The notes under the pieces are model-generated. The model worked only from the letters and a program-made list of their open reading frames with translations. It did not search any database and was not told the origin of the DNA. A program made the position numbers and the translations under genes. From the NCBI GenBank assembly GCA_965228475.1, contig OZ245817.1:448001-512000 (forward strand): 64,000 nt of DNA, read 5' to 3'. The stretch comes from Myxococcota bacterium (lineage in GTDB: Bacteria > Myxococcota_A > UBA9160 > JAFDDA01). The first letter of the stretch is position 1; each line of letters starts with the position of its first letter. Shown in pieces: positions 28,902 to 39,071 of the stretch.

Positions 28902-30656
28902 ATGAGCATCCACGATCTCGTCATTCGCAACGGAAACGTCGTCGATGGCACCGGCCGCGCCCCGATCCGCGCGGACGTCGCGATCGACCGCGGCACGATC
29001 TCCGCCGTCGGCGCGGTCGAAGGGAAGGGCCGGCGCGAGATCGACGCCGAGGGCAAGATCGTGACGCCCGGCTGGGTCGACATCCACACCCACTACGACG
29101 CCCAGGCCACCTGGGATCCCTACCTCTTGCCGTCGTCCTCCCACGGCGTGACGAGCGTCGTCATGGGGAACTGCGGCGTCGGCTTCGCCCCGGTGAAGCC
29201 CGAGCTGCGCGACGAGCTGATCGACCTCATGGAGGCCGTCGAGGACATCCCGGGCGCCGCCATGCACGAGGGCGTCCAGTGGGAGTGGGAGAGCTTCCCG
29301 GAGTACATGGACGCGCTCGAACGCAAGCAGCACGCCATCGACTACGGGCTCCAGGTGCCGCACTGCGCGCTGCGCGCCTTCGTGATGGGGAAGCGCGGCA
29401 TCGAGAACGAGGACGCGACGCCCGAGGACATCGAGGCCATGCGCGACATCGTGCGCGAGGCGGTCTCCGCCGGTGCGCTCGGCTTCTCGACCTCCCGGAC
29501 CGAGATGCACAACACGCTCGAGGGCAAGCCCGTCCCCGGGACCTTCGCGGCGAAGGAGGAGCTCTTCGGGATCGGCCAGGTCCTCGGCCAGCTCGGCGCC
29601 GGCGTCTTCCAGATGAGCCTCACCCACCGCGACGTACCGCGCGACATGGCGTGGATGAAGAAGCTCGCCCAGGAGACCGGGCGCAACGTCACCTTCAACC
29701 TGCAGCAGATCGACGAGAACCCGGACCTCTACAAGGAGGACCTGCGGCTTCTCGACGAGGCCCGCGCCGAGGGCATCACGAACCTGCGCGGCCAGTTCTC
29801 GGGGCGGCCGGTCGGCGTCCTCATGGGCTGGGAGACGAGCGTGCACCCCTTCATCGGGCACCCGGAGTACCGCGAGATCGGAAAGCTGCCGGTGCCCGAG
29901 CGGCTGCGCGAGCTGCGCAAGCCCGAGGTCCGCGCCCGGCTCACGGCGGGCGGAGAACTTCGCACGGACGGGCTGCCGCCGGACGCGCCGATCCCGGCCG
30001 TCTTCCTCGAGTTCCTCGTCCGCGGCACGCACAAGATGTGGGCCATGGGCTCGGGCCACAACTACGAGCCGCACCCGGACGACTCCATCCGCAGCCGTTC
30101 GGAGAAGACCGGCCGCAGCCAGGCCGAGCTCGTCTACGACGGGCTCATGGAGCAGGACGGCCGCGGCCTGCTCTACTTCCCGCTCTTCGGCTACGCCAAC
30201 GGCAGCCTCGACGCGATCCTCGAGACCATGAAGCACCCGCAGACCGGGCTCTCCCTCGCCGACGGCGGCGCGCACTGCGGGGCCATCTGTGACGGCGGCA
30301 CGCCGACCTTCATGCTCATGCACTGGGTGCGCGACCGCACGCGCGGTGAGCGCCTGCCGCTCGAGTTCATCGTGAGGCGGCAGACCTTCGACACGGCGAA
30401 CCAGTACGGGCTCAACGACCGCGGCCTGATCGCGCCGCGCATGAAGGGCGACGTCAACGTGATCGATCTCGAGAAGCTCGGCCTCGAGCCGCCGGAGATG
30501 CGCTACGACCTGCCCGCCGGCGGTCGCCGCCTCTACCAGGGAGCGTTCGGGTACGACGCGACGATCGTCTCCGGCGTGCCGATCTTCGAGCACGGCGAGC
30601 CGACCGGGGAGCTGCCCGGCCGTCTGATCCGCGGCGCCCAGGGCGCCCCCGCGTGA
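28902..30656 (+). CDS. N-acyl-D-amino-acid deacylase-family amidohydrolase
   Basis: PGWVDIHTHYDAQ, GNCGVGFAP and DGGAH motifs; AAGGAG RBS. Confidence 0.92.
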   Translation: MSIHDLVIRNGNVVDGTGRAPIRADVAIDRGTISAVGAVEGKGRREIDAEGKIVTPGWVDIHTHYDAQATWDPYLLPSSSHGVTSVVMGNCGVGFAPVKPELRDELIDLMEAVEDIPGAAMHEGVQWEWESFPEYMDALERKQHAIDYGLQVPHCALRAFVMGKRGIENEDATPEDIEAMRDIVREAVSAGALGFSTSRTEMHNTLEGKPVPGTFAAKEELFGIGQVLGQLGAGVFQMSLTHRDVPRDMAWMKKLAQETGRNVTFNLQQIDENPDLYKEDLRLLDEARAEGITNLRGQFSGRPVGVLMGWETSVHPFIGHPEYREIGKLPVPERLRELRKPEVRARLTAGGELRTDGLPPDAPIPAVFLEFLVRGTHKMWAMGSGHNYEPHPDDSIRSRSEKTGRSQAELVYDGLMEQDGRGLLYFPLFGYANGSLDAILETMKHPQTGLSLADGGAHCGAICDGGTPTFMLMHWVRDRTRGERLPLEFIVRRQTFDTANQYGLNDRGLIAPRMKGDVNVIDLEKLGLEPPEMRYDLPAGGRRLYQGAFGYDATIVSGVPIFEHGEPTGELPGRLIRGAQGAPA

Positions 30657-31405
30657 GCGAGGTCTTCACGCCGGATCTCTCCTTCGCACTGCTCGCGCTG
30701 TGCGTGGGCATCGCCTACACGGCGGAGGCGGCGACGGGTTTCGGCAGCATCGTGATCGCGCTGACGCTCGGTGCGCAGCTCTACCCCGTGCCGGAGCTGC
30801 TGCCCTTGCTCGTCCCGCTCTCGGTGATGCTCACGACCTGGGTCGTGCTGCGGAACCGCGAGCACGTCGACCGCGAGCTCCTCTTCTCGCGCGTCCTGCC
30901 GCGAATGGGCGTCGGCCTCGTGCTCGGCTTCCTGATCTTCGTGAACCTCGACGCGGCGCTGCTCACGACGGGCCTCGGCGTGCTCGTCGTGGCGATGGCG
31001 GCGATCGAACTCTGGCGTGCGGCTTCGGGCGCGGCGGCCGTGGCGGCGCCGCTCGGTCCGGCGGGCTTCACGGGGGCGACCGTCGGCGCAGGGATCATGC
31101 AGGGCGCGGTCGCCTCGGGCGGCCCGATGCTCGTCTACGCGCTCGGCCGGCAGGGCCTTCCGAAGGCGCGTTTTCGCGCGACGCTCGCTTTCGTCTGGCT
31201 TGCGCTCAACACGGCGCTCGTCGCCTCCTACATCGCCACGGGCCGGCTCGATGCGAAGACGGCGCCCTACGTCGCGCTCCTCGTGCCCGTCGTCTTCGCC
31301 GCGCTCGCCTTCGGCAACTGGCTCCACCACCGCCTCGACGAAGCCGCCTTCAAGAAGGTCGTGCTCGCCCTGCTCGCCCTCGCCGGGGTCGCCCTGGTCG
31401 TCTGA
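30653..31405 (+). CDS. TauE/SafE-family (sulfite exporter) membrane protein
   Basis: TGFGS and SGGP motifs, about 8 TM helices, GTGA overlap. Confidence 0.88.
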   Translation: MSEVFTPDLSFALLALCVGIAYTAEAATGFGSIVIALTLGAQLYPVPELLPLLVPLSVMLTTWVVLRNREHVDRELLFSRVLPRMGVGLVLGFLIFVNLDAALLTTGLGVLVVAMAAIELWRAASGAAAVAAPLGPAGFTGATVGAGIMQGAVASGGPMLVYALGRQGLPKARFRATLAFVWLALNTALVASYIATGRLDAKTAPYVALLVPVVFAALAFGNWLHHRLDEAAFKKVVLALLALAGVALVV

Positions 31406-31459
31406 GTTCTGGCGCCGCTTTCCTTCTTGCCGCTAGTGTCCCGTGCGAAGGGAGAGCGC

Positions 31460-31870
31460 GTGGCGTACCGAATTCTCTGCGGAGTCCTGGGCGTGCTCGG
31501 CGTGCTGCTTTCGCTGGGGCTCTTCGGGCTCTTCCTGCGGCTGCTCGGGCCGTCGGGCGTGATGCCGCCGCCCCTGTCTCCCATGGGCCCGAACGGTGCC
31601 TACTTCCTCGCCTTCACCGCGTGCGGCCTGCTCGGCTGGTCCGGTGGCTTGATCGCCGCCGCGCGGCACCCGGAGACGAGCCGGACCTTCGGCACCTTCA
31701 CCGCGTGGGCCTTCGTGGCTATGGCGCTCTTCCGCTTCCTCGGCTGGTTCATGGGCGATTTCGCGCAACTCGGCGAGCTCCCGCGCATCGAAGCGTTGCT
31801 GTTCCTCGCGGTGGCGCTCGCCTTCGTCTGGCTCCGCCCGCCGCCGCTCGCCGAAGGGAGGCCGGCATGA
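31460..31870 (+). CDS. Small multi-TM membrane protein
   Basis: About four hydrophobic segments; GGAG RBS; stop overlaps next ATG (ATGA). Confidence 0.7.
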   Translation: MAYRILCGVLGVLGVLLSLGLFGLFLRLLGPSGVMPPPLSPMGPNGAYFLAFTACGLLGWSGGLIAAARHPETSRTFGTFTAWAFVAMALFRFLGWFMGDFAQLGELPRIEALLFLAVALAFVWLRPPPLAEGRPA

Positions 31871-32466
31871 TGAAGTGGCTCGCGACCGTGGCGATCCTCG
31901 CCCTGATGGCGCTCGTCGTCGTGGCGCCGTCGCTCTCGATCGGCCGGCGCGGCAACGAGGCCCTGGCGCGGGCCGACGTGCCCACGGCCACGCTGGCCAT
32001 CGGCGATGCGGTGCCGCGGCTCGCGCTGCAGCGCCTCGACGGCCAACCCTTCGATCTCGCGAGCCTGCGGGGCCACCGCGTGCTCCTGACCTTCGAGCGC
32101 AGCGTCGACTGGTGACCCTATACGAAGGCGCGGCTGGTCGAGCTGCGTGAGGCATTCGCCGAGCACCCGGACGTCCAGATCGTCTGGGTCATGGCCGACA
32201 ACCAGATCACCGCGAAGGCGACGAACTACATCGACGGCATGGGCCTGCGCGGCCGTATCCACTTCGTGGTCGACCCGGGGAGCGCGGAGATCGATCGGCT
32301 CGGGATCCGCAAGGAAGACCCGGAGCCGATCGAAGCCGGCGTCCCCCACCCGGCGACGTACCTGATCGACCGCCAGGGCACCGTCCGCTTCGTCGACGTG
32401 CGCGAGGACTTCCACATCTGGCTGGACCCGGCCGCCGTGATCGAGGCGCTCGCCGCGGCGCCGTAG
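31867..32466 (+). CDS. AhpC/TSA-like (peroxiredoxin/thioredoxin fold) selenoprotein, Sec at TGA 32113-32115
   Basis: The frame is continuous across the TGA: IGDAVP..L..LDG..FDLASLRG..VLLTFERSVDW-U-PYTKARL...PHPATYLIDRQGTVRF. SECIS-like hairpin follows. Confidence 0.88.
32128..32148 (+). promoter_or_regulatory. Putative bacterial SECIS element
   Basis: GCGCGGCT-GGTCG-AGCTGCGT: 8-bp stem with 2 G-U pairs and G-starting loop, 12 nt after the UGA. Confidence 0.75.
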
Positions 32467-32525
32467 GCCGCCCCCGCGCCGAAAACGTCCCATGTCGGTT
32501 GCCCGATCCCGGTTAGAATCGGCGC

Positions 32526-33704
32526 ATGCCCCCCGTCCGTCGATCGCTCGCCGCCGTCTCCCTGTGTCTTCTGGCGCTGGCGGCCTGCGGAGAGCCGGAG
32601 CCCGTTCCTCCGCCGCCCCCGAAGATCCCGGTGGTCGCGGTCCTCGAGCGGGATCAGCCGATCAAGCTCGACATGGTGGGCGAGACCCGCGGCTCGGTCG
32701 AGATTCCGATCCGCGCCCGCGTGGACGGCGTCCTCGAAGGGATGCACTTCGTCGAAGGCGAAGCGGTCGAGAAGGGAGCGCTCCTCTACACCATCGACCC
32801 CCGCCCGTTCCGGGCGAAGGTGGCGGAGATGCAGGGGCGCGTGGCCGAGGCGCAGACGGCCGTTGTGAAGGACCGCAGCCAGCTCGATCGCATCCGTCCG
32901 CTCGCGGAGATCCACGCCGTCAGCCAGCAGGATCTCGAAGCCGCGGTGGCCCAGTACGAAGCGGCGCTCGGTGCGCTGAAGGCCGCCGAGGCGCAGCTCG
33001 AGCAGGCGAGGATCCAGCTCGGGTACACGCGGGTCCATGCCCCGGCGGCGGGGCGGCTCGGCATCACGCGGATCCGCGTCGGGGAGTACGTGGGGGCGGG
33101 TTCCGACGCGCTCTTGAACCAGCTCTCCGAGACGGATCCGATCCGGGTGCGTTTCTCCATCGATGAGCGCAACTACCTGCGGCTCGCCCGGGAGTCGGCA
33201 GGAGAGGGGCCCGACCGTTCCGGGGAAGGCCCGGGCCTCGAGCTGTTCCTCACCGATGGCAGCCTGCACGAAGGCCGCGGTCAGCTCGTCGGCACCCAGG
33301 CTTCCATCGACCCTTCGACGGGGACGTTCACCCTCGAGGCCGACTTCCCGAACCCGAACGGGATCCTCGTCGCCGGACAGTTCGCGCGCGTTCGGGCCGT
33401 GATCGAAACGCGGCAGAACGCGCTGCTCGTTCCGGACCGCGCGCTGAGCGAGCTCCAGGGAAGCTACCGGGTGTTCGTCGTCGACGACGACGGCACGGTG
33501 GCGCTTCGCCCGGTGAAGGTCGGCCCTCGGGTGGACCGCCTGCGGATCGTGGAAGAAGGGCTCCGCGCCGGCGAGTCCATTGCGCTCGAGGGGCTCCAGC
33601 TCCTGCGGGAGGGCGCCGTCGTCGTGCCGCAGCCGACCGCCCTCGACGCCTCGGGCAACGTCGTCGAGGCGGCCGCCGCGCCGGCCGGCCCGCCCGGAGC
33701 CTGA
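32526..33704 (+). CDS. RND efflux periplasmic adaptor (lipoprotein)
   Basis: LAAC lipobox; IRARVDG, LYTIDP, APAAGRLG and FPNP motifs. Confidence 0.94.
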   Translation: MPPVRRSLAAVSLCLLALAACGEPEPVPPPPPKIPVVAVLERDQPIKLDMVGETRGSVEIPIRARVDGVLEGMHFVEGEAVEKGALLYTIDPRPFRAKVAEMQGRVAEAQTAVVKDRSQLDRIRPLAEIHAVSQQDLEAAVAQYEAALGALKAAEAQLEQARIQLGYTRVHAPAAGRLGITRIRVGEYVGAGSDALLNQLSETDPIRVRFSIDERNYLRLARESAGEGPDRSGEGPGLELFLTDGSLHEGRGQLVGTQASIDPSTGTFTLEADFPNPNGILVAGQFARVRAVIETRQNALLVPDRALSELQGSYRVFVVDDDGTVALRPVKVGPRVDRLRIVEEGLRAGESIALEGLQLLREGAVVVPQPTALDASGNVVEAAAAPAGPPGA

Positions 33705-33707
33705 CGG

Positions 33708-36700
33708 TTGGCGGAGTTCTTCGTCCGGCGGCCGATCGTCGCGATCGTGCTCGCCATCGTCATCATCATCGTCGGCGTGGTGGCGCTCACCGGGCTGCCC
33801 GTCGCCCAGTATCCCGAGATCACGCCCCCCGTGGTCAACGTGAGCGCGCGCTACACCGGGGCGAACGCGGTGGCCGTCGAGCAATCCGTGGCGACGCCCA
33901 TCGAGCAGCGGATGAACGGCGTCGAGGGCATGCTCTACATGCGCTCGGCCAACTCGAGCGACGGGCAGATGAGCCTGGACGTCTCCTTCGAGGTCGGCAC
34001 GGACCTCGACCTCGCCAACGTCCTGGCCCAGAACCGCGTCGCCGAGGCGCAGGCCGGCCTGCCTTCGGAGGTGAAGCAGCAGGGCGTCGCGGTCAAGAAG
34101 AAGCTCGCCTTCCCGCTGCTGCTCGTCTCGATCGTCTCGCCCGGCGGGACCTACGACCAGAGCTTCCTCGCGAACTACGCCACGCTGAACGTCATCGACG
34201 AGATCGCGCGCATCCGCGGCGTCGGGCAGGCGCAGGTGCTCGCCGGGAGCACCAACGACTACGCCATGCGCGTCTGGGTCGAACCCGATCACCTCGCCAA
34301 GCTGAACCTGACGGTGCCGGACATCATCAACGCGATCCGCGCCCAGAACGTGCTGGTTCCCGCCGGCCAGATCGGCGGCCCCCCGGCGCCCGCGGGCACG
34401 GACTTCACCTACACCGTGAACACCGCGGGGCGCTTCGAGACGCCCGAAGAGTTCGGCGCCGTGGTCATCCGCTCGAACCCCGACGGCTCCCAGGTCCTGC
34501 TGAAGGACGTCGCGAAGATCGAGCTCGGCACCCAGAACTACGTGCTGCGCATGCGGCTCGATGGCCAGCCGACCGCGATCCTGCAGATCTTCCAGCTTCC
34601 GGACGCGAACGGGCTCGAGGTGGCGACGAAGGTCCGCGCCACCCTCGAGCGCCTGTCCGAGCGCTTCCCCGAGGACGTCGAGTACGTGGTCTCGCTCGAC
34701 ACGACCCGGCCCATCTCGGCCGGCATTCGCGAGATCATCATCACGCTCTTCCAGGCGGTCGGGCTCGTGATCCTGGTGGTCTACGTGTTCCTCCAGAACG
34801 CGCGCTCGACGCTGATCCCGACCCTCACCGTTCCCGTCTCGCTGATCGGAACGTTCGCGGCCTTCCCGCTGCTCGGGTTCTCGATCAACACGCTCTCCCT
34901 GCTCGGGCTCGTGCTCGCGATCGGGATCGTCGTGGACGATGCGATCGTCGTCGTCGAGTCCGTCGCGGCGAAGATGGAGGAAGGGCTCTCAGCGCGGGAG
35001 GCCACGATCGCTTCGATGCGCGAGGTCTCCGGCCCGATCGTCGCCACCTCGCTCTCGCTGATGGCGGTCTTCGTTCCCGTCGCCGCCATGGGCGGGATCA
35101 CCGGGCGCCTCTACCAGCAGTTCGCGATCACGATCGCGATCTCCGTGGCGATCTCGTCGCTGAATGCCTTGACCCTGAGCCCCGCGCTCGCGGCCGTCCT
35201 GTTGAAACGCGGCGGCGGGCAGGGGCAGAACCGTTTCTTCCGCGGCTTCAACCGCGGCCTCGATGCGATCACCGCCCGCTTCATGACGTTCGCGGAGTTC
35301 CTGGCCCTCCGCCCCGCACGCGCCGGCCTGCTCCTCCTGGCGATGGTGGCGGCGGTCGGCCTGCTGTTCGTCACCGTCCCCGGCGGTTTCGTCCCGGAGG
35401 AGGATCAGGGGTACGTCATGGCGACGGCCCTCCTGCCCGATGCCGCCTCCCTCGAGCGGTCGGACGCCGTCCTCCGCGAAGTGGAAGCGATCGTCGCGGG
35501 CTTCGACGCCGTCGAGAACTCCACCGCGGTCGCCGGCTTCAGCATGCTCTCGGGAACGATGCAGTCGAACGCGCTGTTCGTCTTCATCCAGCTGAAGGAG
35601 TGGTCGGAACGGCCCGACCCCGAGGATCACGCCCGCAACGTGATCCGGCGATTGAACGGCGCGCTCTCCCGGATTCAGGGCGCCCGGGCCTTCGCCTTCG
35701 GGCCGCCGCCCATTCCGGGCCTCGGAACGGGCGCCGGTTTCTCGATGATGCTCCAGGATCGCAGCGGCGGGCCGCCGACCTACCTGGCCGAGCAGGTCCA
35801 GGCCTTCACCCTCGCGGCGAACGCCCGACCGGAGATCCAGGGCGCCTACAGCCTCTACCGGGCGAACACGCCCCAGATCTTCCTCGACATCGACCAGGCC
35901 AAGGCCCTGAAGCTCGGCATCCCCCTCGACCAGGTGCACACGACGCTCGGCGCGTTCCTCGGCGGCGCGTACGTCAACGACTTCAACCGCTTCGGACGCC
36001 TCTACAAGGTCTTCGTGCAGGCGGAGCCGGCCTACCGCACGGACCCGGAGGCCACGCGCTACTTCTTCGTCCGGAACGCGGACGGCGAGATGGTTCCGCT
36101 CTCGACGCTCGTGACGAGCCGCCGAAGCACCGGCCCCGAGTACACCAACCGCTTCAACCTCTTCCGCGCCGCGGAGTTCTCCGGCCAGGCCGCGCCGGGC
36201 TTCAGCTCGGCCCAGGCCCTCGACGCCCTCGAGGAGGTCGCCGCAGAGACGCTTCCCCAGGACATGTCCTTCGCCTGGAACGGAACGTCCTACCAGGAGA
36301 AGGAAGCGTCGGGCAGCGGCACCGTGGTCTTCGCCATGGCGATCCTGTTCGTGTTCCTGATCCTCGCCGCCCAGTACGAGAGCTGGTCGCTGCCGTTCTC
36401 GGTGCTGCTCGGCACGCCGATCGCGGTGCTCGGCGCGATCGGCTCGCTCTGGCTCGCCCGGCTCTTCTCCGAGAGCTACGAGAACAACGTCTTCGCGCAG
36501 ATCGGCCTCGTGATGTTGATCGGCCTCGCCGCGAAGAACGCGATCCTGATCGTCGAGTTCGCCCGGGCGGAGCGCGAAGCCGGCAAGAGCCTGACGGAGG
36601 CGGCGCTCGAAGCGGCGCGGCAGCGCTTCCGGCCGATCCTCATGACGGCCTTCTCCTTCATCCTCGGCGTGCTGCCGCTGCTCATCGCGACGGGCGCCGG

Positions 36701-36857
36701 CGCCGAGGCCCGCAAGGTGATGGGCATGACCGTGTTCGGCGGCATGGTCGTCGCGACCGTCATCGGCGTGCTGTTCGTGCCGGCGCTGTTCGTACTCGTG
36801 GGACGGATCAGTGAGCGCAACGCGGGCGAACCGGAGGAGCCCCGTGTCGGCCCGTAG
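33708..36857 (+). CDS. RND efflux permease (HAE1, AcrB/MexB-like)
   Basis: FFVRRPI, QYPEITPP, GIVVDDAIVVVE, AKNAILIVEF and RFRPILMT motifs. Confidence 0.96.
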   Translation: MAEFFVRRPIVAIVLAIVIIIVGVVALTGLPVAQYPEITPPVVNVSARYTGANAVAVEQSVATPIEQRMNGVEGMLYMRSANSSDGQMSLDVSFEVGTDLDLANVLAQNRVAEAQAGLPSEVKQQGVAVKKKLAFPLLLVSIVSPGGTYDQSFLANYATLNVIDEIARIRGVGQAQVLAGSTNDYAMRVWVEPDHLAKLNLTVPDIINAIRAQNVLVPAGQIGGPPAPAGTDFTYTVNTAGRFETPEEFGAVVIRSNPDGSQVLLKDVAKIELGTQNYVLRMRLDGQPTAILQIFQLPDANGLEVATKVRATLERLSERFPEDVEYVVSLDTTRPISAGIREIIITLFQAVGLVILVVYVFLQNARSTLIPTLTVPVSLIGTFAAFPLLGFSINTLSLLGLVLAIGIVVDDAIVVVESVAAKMEEGLSAREATIASMREVSGPIVATSLSLMAVFVPVAAMGGITGRLYQQFAITIAISVAISSLNALTLSPALAAVLLKRGGGQGQNRFFRGFNRGLDAITARFMTFAEFLALRPARAGLLLLAMVAAVGLLFVTVPGGFVPEEDQGYVMATALLPDAASLERSDAVLREVEAIVAGFDAVENSTAVAGFSMLSGTMQSNALFVFIQLKEWSERPDPEDHARNVIRRLNGALSRIQGARAFAFGPPPIPGLGTGAGFSMMLQDRSGGPPTYLAEQVQAFTLAANARPEIQGAYSLYRANTPQIFLDIDQAKALKLGIPLDQVHTTLGAFLGGAYVNDFNRFGRLYKVFVQAEPAYRTDPEATRYFFVRNADGEMVPLSTLVTSRRSTGPEYTNRFNLFRAAEFSGQAAPGFSSAQALDALEEVAAETLPQDMSFAWNGTSYQEKEASGSGTVVFAMAILFVFLILAAQYESWSLPFSVLLGTPIAVLGAIGSLWLARLFSESYENNVFAQIGLVMLIGLAAKNAILIVEFARAEREAGKSLTEAALEAARQRFRPILMTAFSFILGVLPLLIATGAGAEARKVMGMTVFGGMVVATVIGVLFVPALFVLVGRISERNAGEPEEPRVGP

Positions 36858-38223
36858 CGTCCTCCCGCTGCTCGCGCTGCTCACGTTCGGCTGTGCGCTG
36901 ACGCCGGACTACGAACGGCCCGAGCTCGACCTTCCGCAGGCGTGGCTGGACGGGTCGCCCGCGGGCGACTCCGTCGCGAACCTGCCGTGGTGGGACCTCT
37001 TCGGCGATCCGCGGCTTCGGGAGCTGACGGAGATCGCCCTGGCCGAGAATAAGGATCTCGCCGTCGCGCTCGGGAGGATCGCCGAGCAGCGCGCCCAGGT
37101 GACGGCGACGCGCGCGAACCAGTTCCCTTTCATCGACCTCATGGGAGGTGCGGGCCGCGGCCGATCGAGCCAGCAGGTGAGCCCCGGCGCCGCGACCCGG
37201 GACAGCTTCGACTTCTCCGCGGGGCTCTCCTTCGACCTCGACGTCTGGCGCAAGTTCGATCGCGCCACCGAGGCCTCCCGCGCGGATCTCCTCGCGACCG
37301 AGGCCGCCTATCGCGACGTGACCATCAGCCTCGTCGCGAGCGTCGCGACCACGTACTTCTCGCTGCGCGATCTCGATCGGCGTCTGGCCATCTCCGAACG
37401 CACCGTCGAGGGGCGCCGCGAGAGCCTCGAGATCGTCGACGCACGCTTCCAGCGCGGCCTCGAAGCCCAGCTCGACGTGAACCAGGCCGAGGTCCAGCTC
37501 GCGATCGCCGAGGCCGCCGTCGCGAGCTTCGACCGCGCGGTCGCGCAGACGCAGAACGCCCTGCGGCTGCTGCTGGGCCGGAACCCGGGAACCATCGAGC
37601 GAGGCATGGGCCTCTCGGAGCAGCTCCTCCTTCCCGAGGTGCCGGCCGGCCTGCCCTACGAACTGCTCCAGCGCCGGCCGGACGTGGTCGAGGCCGAAGA
37701 GCGCCTGATCGCCGAGACGGCGCGCATCGGCGTCGCCGAGGCCAACCGCTACCCGTCGTTCCGGCTGACGGCGAGCTTCGGGACGGCGAGCACCACACTT
37801 TCGCAGCTCGGCTTCAACGAGGCCAAGGCGTGGAGTCTCGCGAGCGCCGTGCTGGCCCCCGTCTTCAACAGCGGGAAGCTGAAGGCGCTCGCCAAGGCCC
37901 AGCGCGCCAAGGCCGACCAGGCCGCGCGGCGCTACGAGGCCACCTTGCTCACGGCGTTCCGCGAGGTCGAGGACGCGCTCGTCGGCGTGCGGACGTTCCG
38001 CGCCGAACACGGCGCACGCTTGCGGCAGGTCGAGGCGGCGCGCAAGGCGGCGACGCTCTCCCGCGCCCGCTACGACGGCGGCGTCGTGAGCTATCTCGAG
38101 GTTCTCGATTCGGACCGCACGCTGTTCGAGGCCGAACTCCAGGAATCGCTCACCCAGCAACAGGCGCTCGCCGCGGTGGTCGAGCTCTACCGGGCGCTCG
38201 GCGGCGGCTGGACGACGCCCTAG
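36844..38223 (+). CDS. Outer-membrane efflux lipoprotein (NodT/OprM family)
   Basis: TFGC lipobox; WW..FGDP.L, LLQRRPDV and LYRALGGGW motifs; GGAGGAG RBS. Confidence 0.94.
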   Translation: MSARSVLPLLALLTFGCALTPDYERPELDLPQAWLDGSPAGDSVANLPWWDLFGDPRLRELTEIALAENKDLAVALGRIAEQRAQVTATRANQFPFIDLMGGAGRGRSSQQVSPGAATRDSFDFSAGLSFDLDVWRKFDRATEASRADLLATEAAYRDVTISLVASVATTYFSLRDLDRRLAISERTVEGRRESLEIVDARFQRGLEAQLDVNQAEVQLAIAEAAVASFDRAVAQTQNALRLLLGRNPGTIERGMGLSEQLLLPEVPAGLPYELLQRRPDVVEAEERLIAETARIGVAEANRYPSFRLTASFGTASTTLSQLGFNEAKAWSLASAVLAPVFNSGKLKALAKAQRAKADQAARRYEATLLTAFREVEDALVGVRTFRAEHGARLRQVEAARKAATLSRARYDGGVVSYLEVLDSDRTLFEAELQESLTQQQALAAVVELYRALGGGWTTP

Positions 38224-38248
38224 AGTCAGGAGGAGAGAGGAGGTGCCC

Positions 38249-38782
38249 ATGGATCCGTCTCTCTACGAGCACGTCCGCAGCGCGGTGGGGGAGGTCTCGG
38301 GCCGGGCGAGTCCGGTGCCCGAAGGGGAGCTGCTGACCGACGTCGCCTCGGGGATCGCCACCTTCACGCGCGGCGTGTCCGAACTCCTGCACTGGTGCCG
38401 CCTCAACGAGAACATGATCCTCGACCAGCCGCTCTCCGATGCGAAGGTCTACGTCGGCTTCGAGCAGGTCTCTCGTACACGCGGCGTCGCCGCCCGCTAC
38501 GGCCGCATCTGCGAAGTGGCGGCGGAGGTGCACGTCTTCGGCGAGCCGGACGCGCAGGCGGCCTTCACGCCGACGTCGTTCCGGGCCGTCCACTCCGGGC
38601 CGCTGCTTCGCGAGTGGTTCCTCGTCATCGCGAGCGAGGGCTACAAGGCGCTGCTCTCGGCCGTGGAGCTCGGGCAGGGGCCGGCCAGCCGCGTCGGCAG
38701 CCGCAAGCTCGACGGCATCCTCTGCTACCACCCGAGGGTGGTCGAGAGCGCGTGCGAGCTGCTCGCGGAGATCGCGAGCTAG
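38249..38782 (+). CDS. Stand-alone DICT sensory-domain protein
   Basis: VYVGFEQVSR..Y..I...VHVFG...LREWFLV pattern. Confidence 0.7.
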   Translation: MDPSLYEHVRSAVGEVSGRASPVPEGELLTDVASGIATFTRGVSELLHWCRLNENMILDQPLSDAKVYVGFEQVSRTRGVAARYGRICEVAAEVHVFGEPDAQAAFTPTSFRAVHSGPLLREWFLVIASEGYKALLSAVELGQGPASRVGSRKLDGILCYHPRVVESACELLAEIAS

Positions 38783-38859
38783 CGGGGCCGCGGCCTCGTC
38801 CGGCGCCTCTGGCAGGCCCATTCGCCCCCCGCCCGGCACGGTTGCTAGCTTCCCGGCAC

Positions 38860-38936
38860 GCCCCGGTAGCTCAGCTGGATAGAGCAGCTGCCTTCTAAGC
38901 AGCGGGTCGCAGGTTCGAGCCCTGCCCGGGGCGCCA
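38860..38936 (+). tRNA. tRNA-Arg (TCT)
   Basis: GCCCCGGTAGCTCAGCTGGATAGAGC-A-GCTGC-CT-TCT-AA-GCAGC...GGTTCGAGCC...CCA. Confidence 0.97.
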
Positions 38937-39071
38937 GTCCCCGCGAAGTGAGGCGAAACTGGAGGTCGATGTGCCGATCCCCGAAGCGCTTCGCGGCTCG
39001 ATCCTTCTTCGTGTCACGGGTTGAGCCGACCCCCGATTCTCGCTACCGCACCGGCAGGGGGCCGCTGCCGG

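Noticed and set aside
32113..32191. Redoxin as a nonsense pseudogene or two small genes
   Set aside because: The TGA falls exactly on the catalytic Cys column and is followed by a SECIS-like hairpin.
38834..38851. Sigma54-like GGCACG...GC upstream of tRNA-Arg(TCT); similar near 44575
   Set aside because: GG-to-GC spacing is not 10 nt; at the tRNA an extended -10 fits better.
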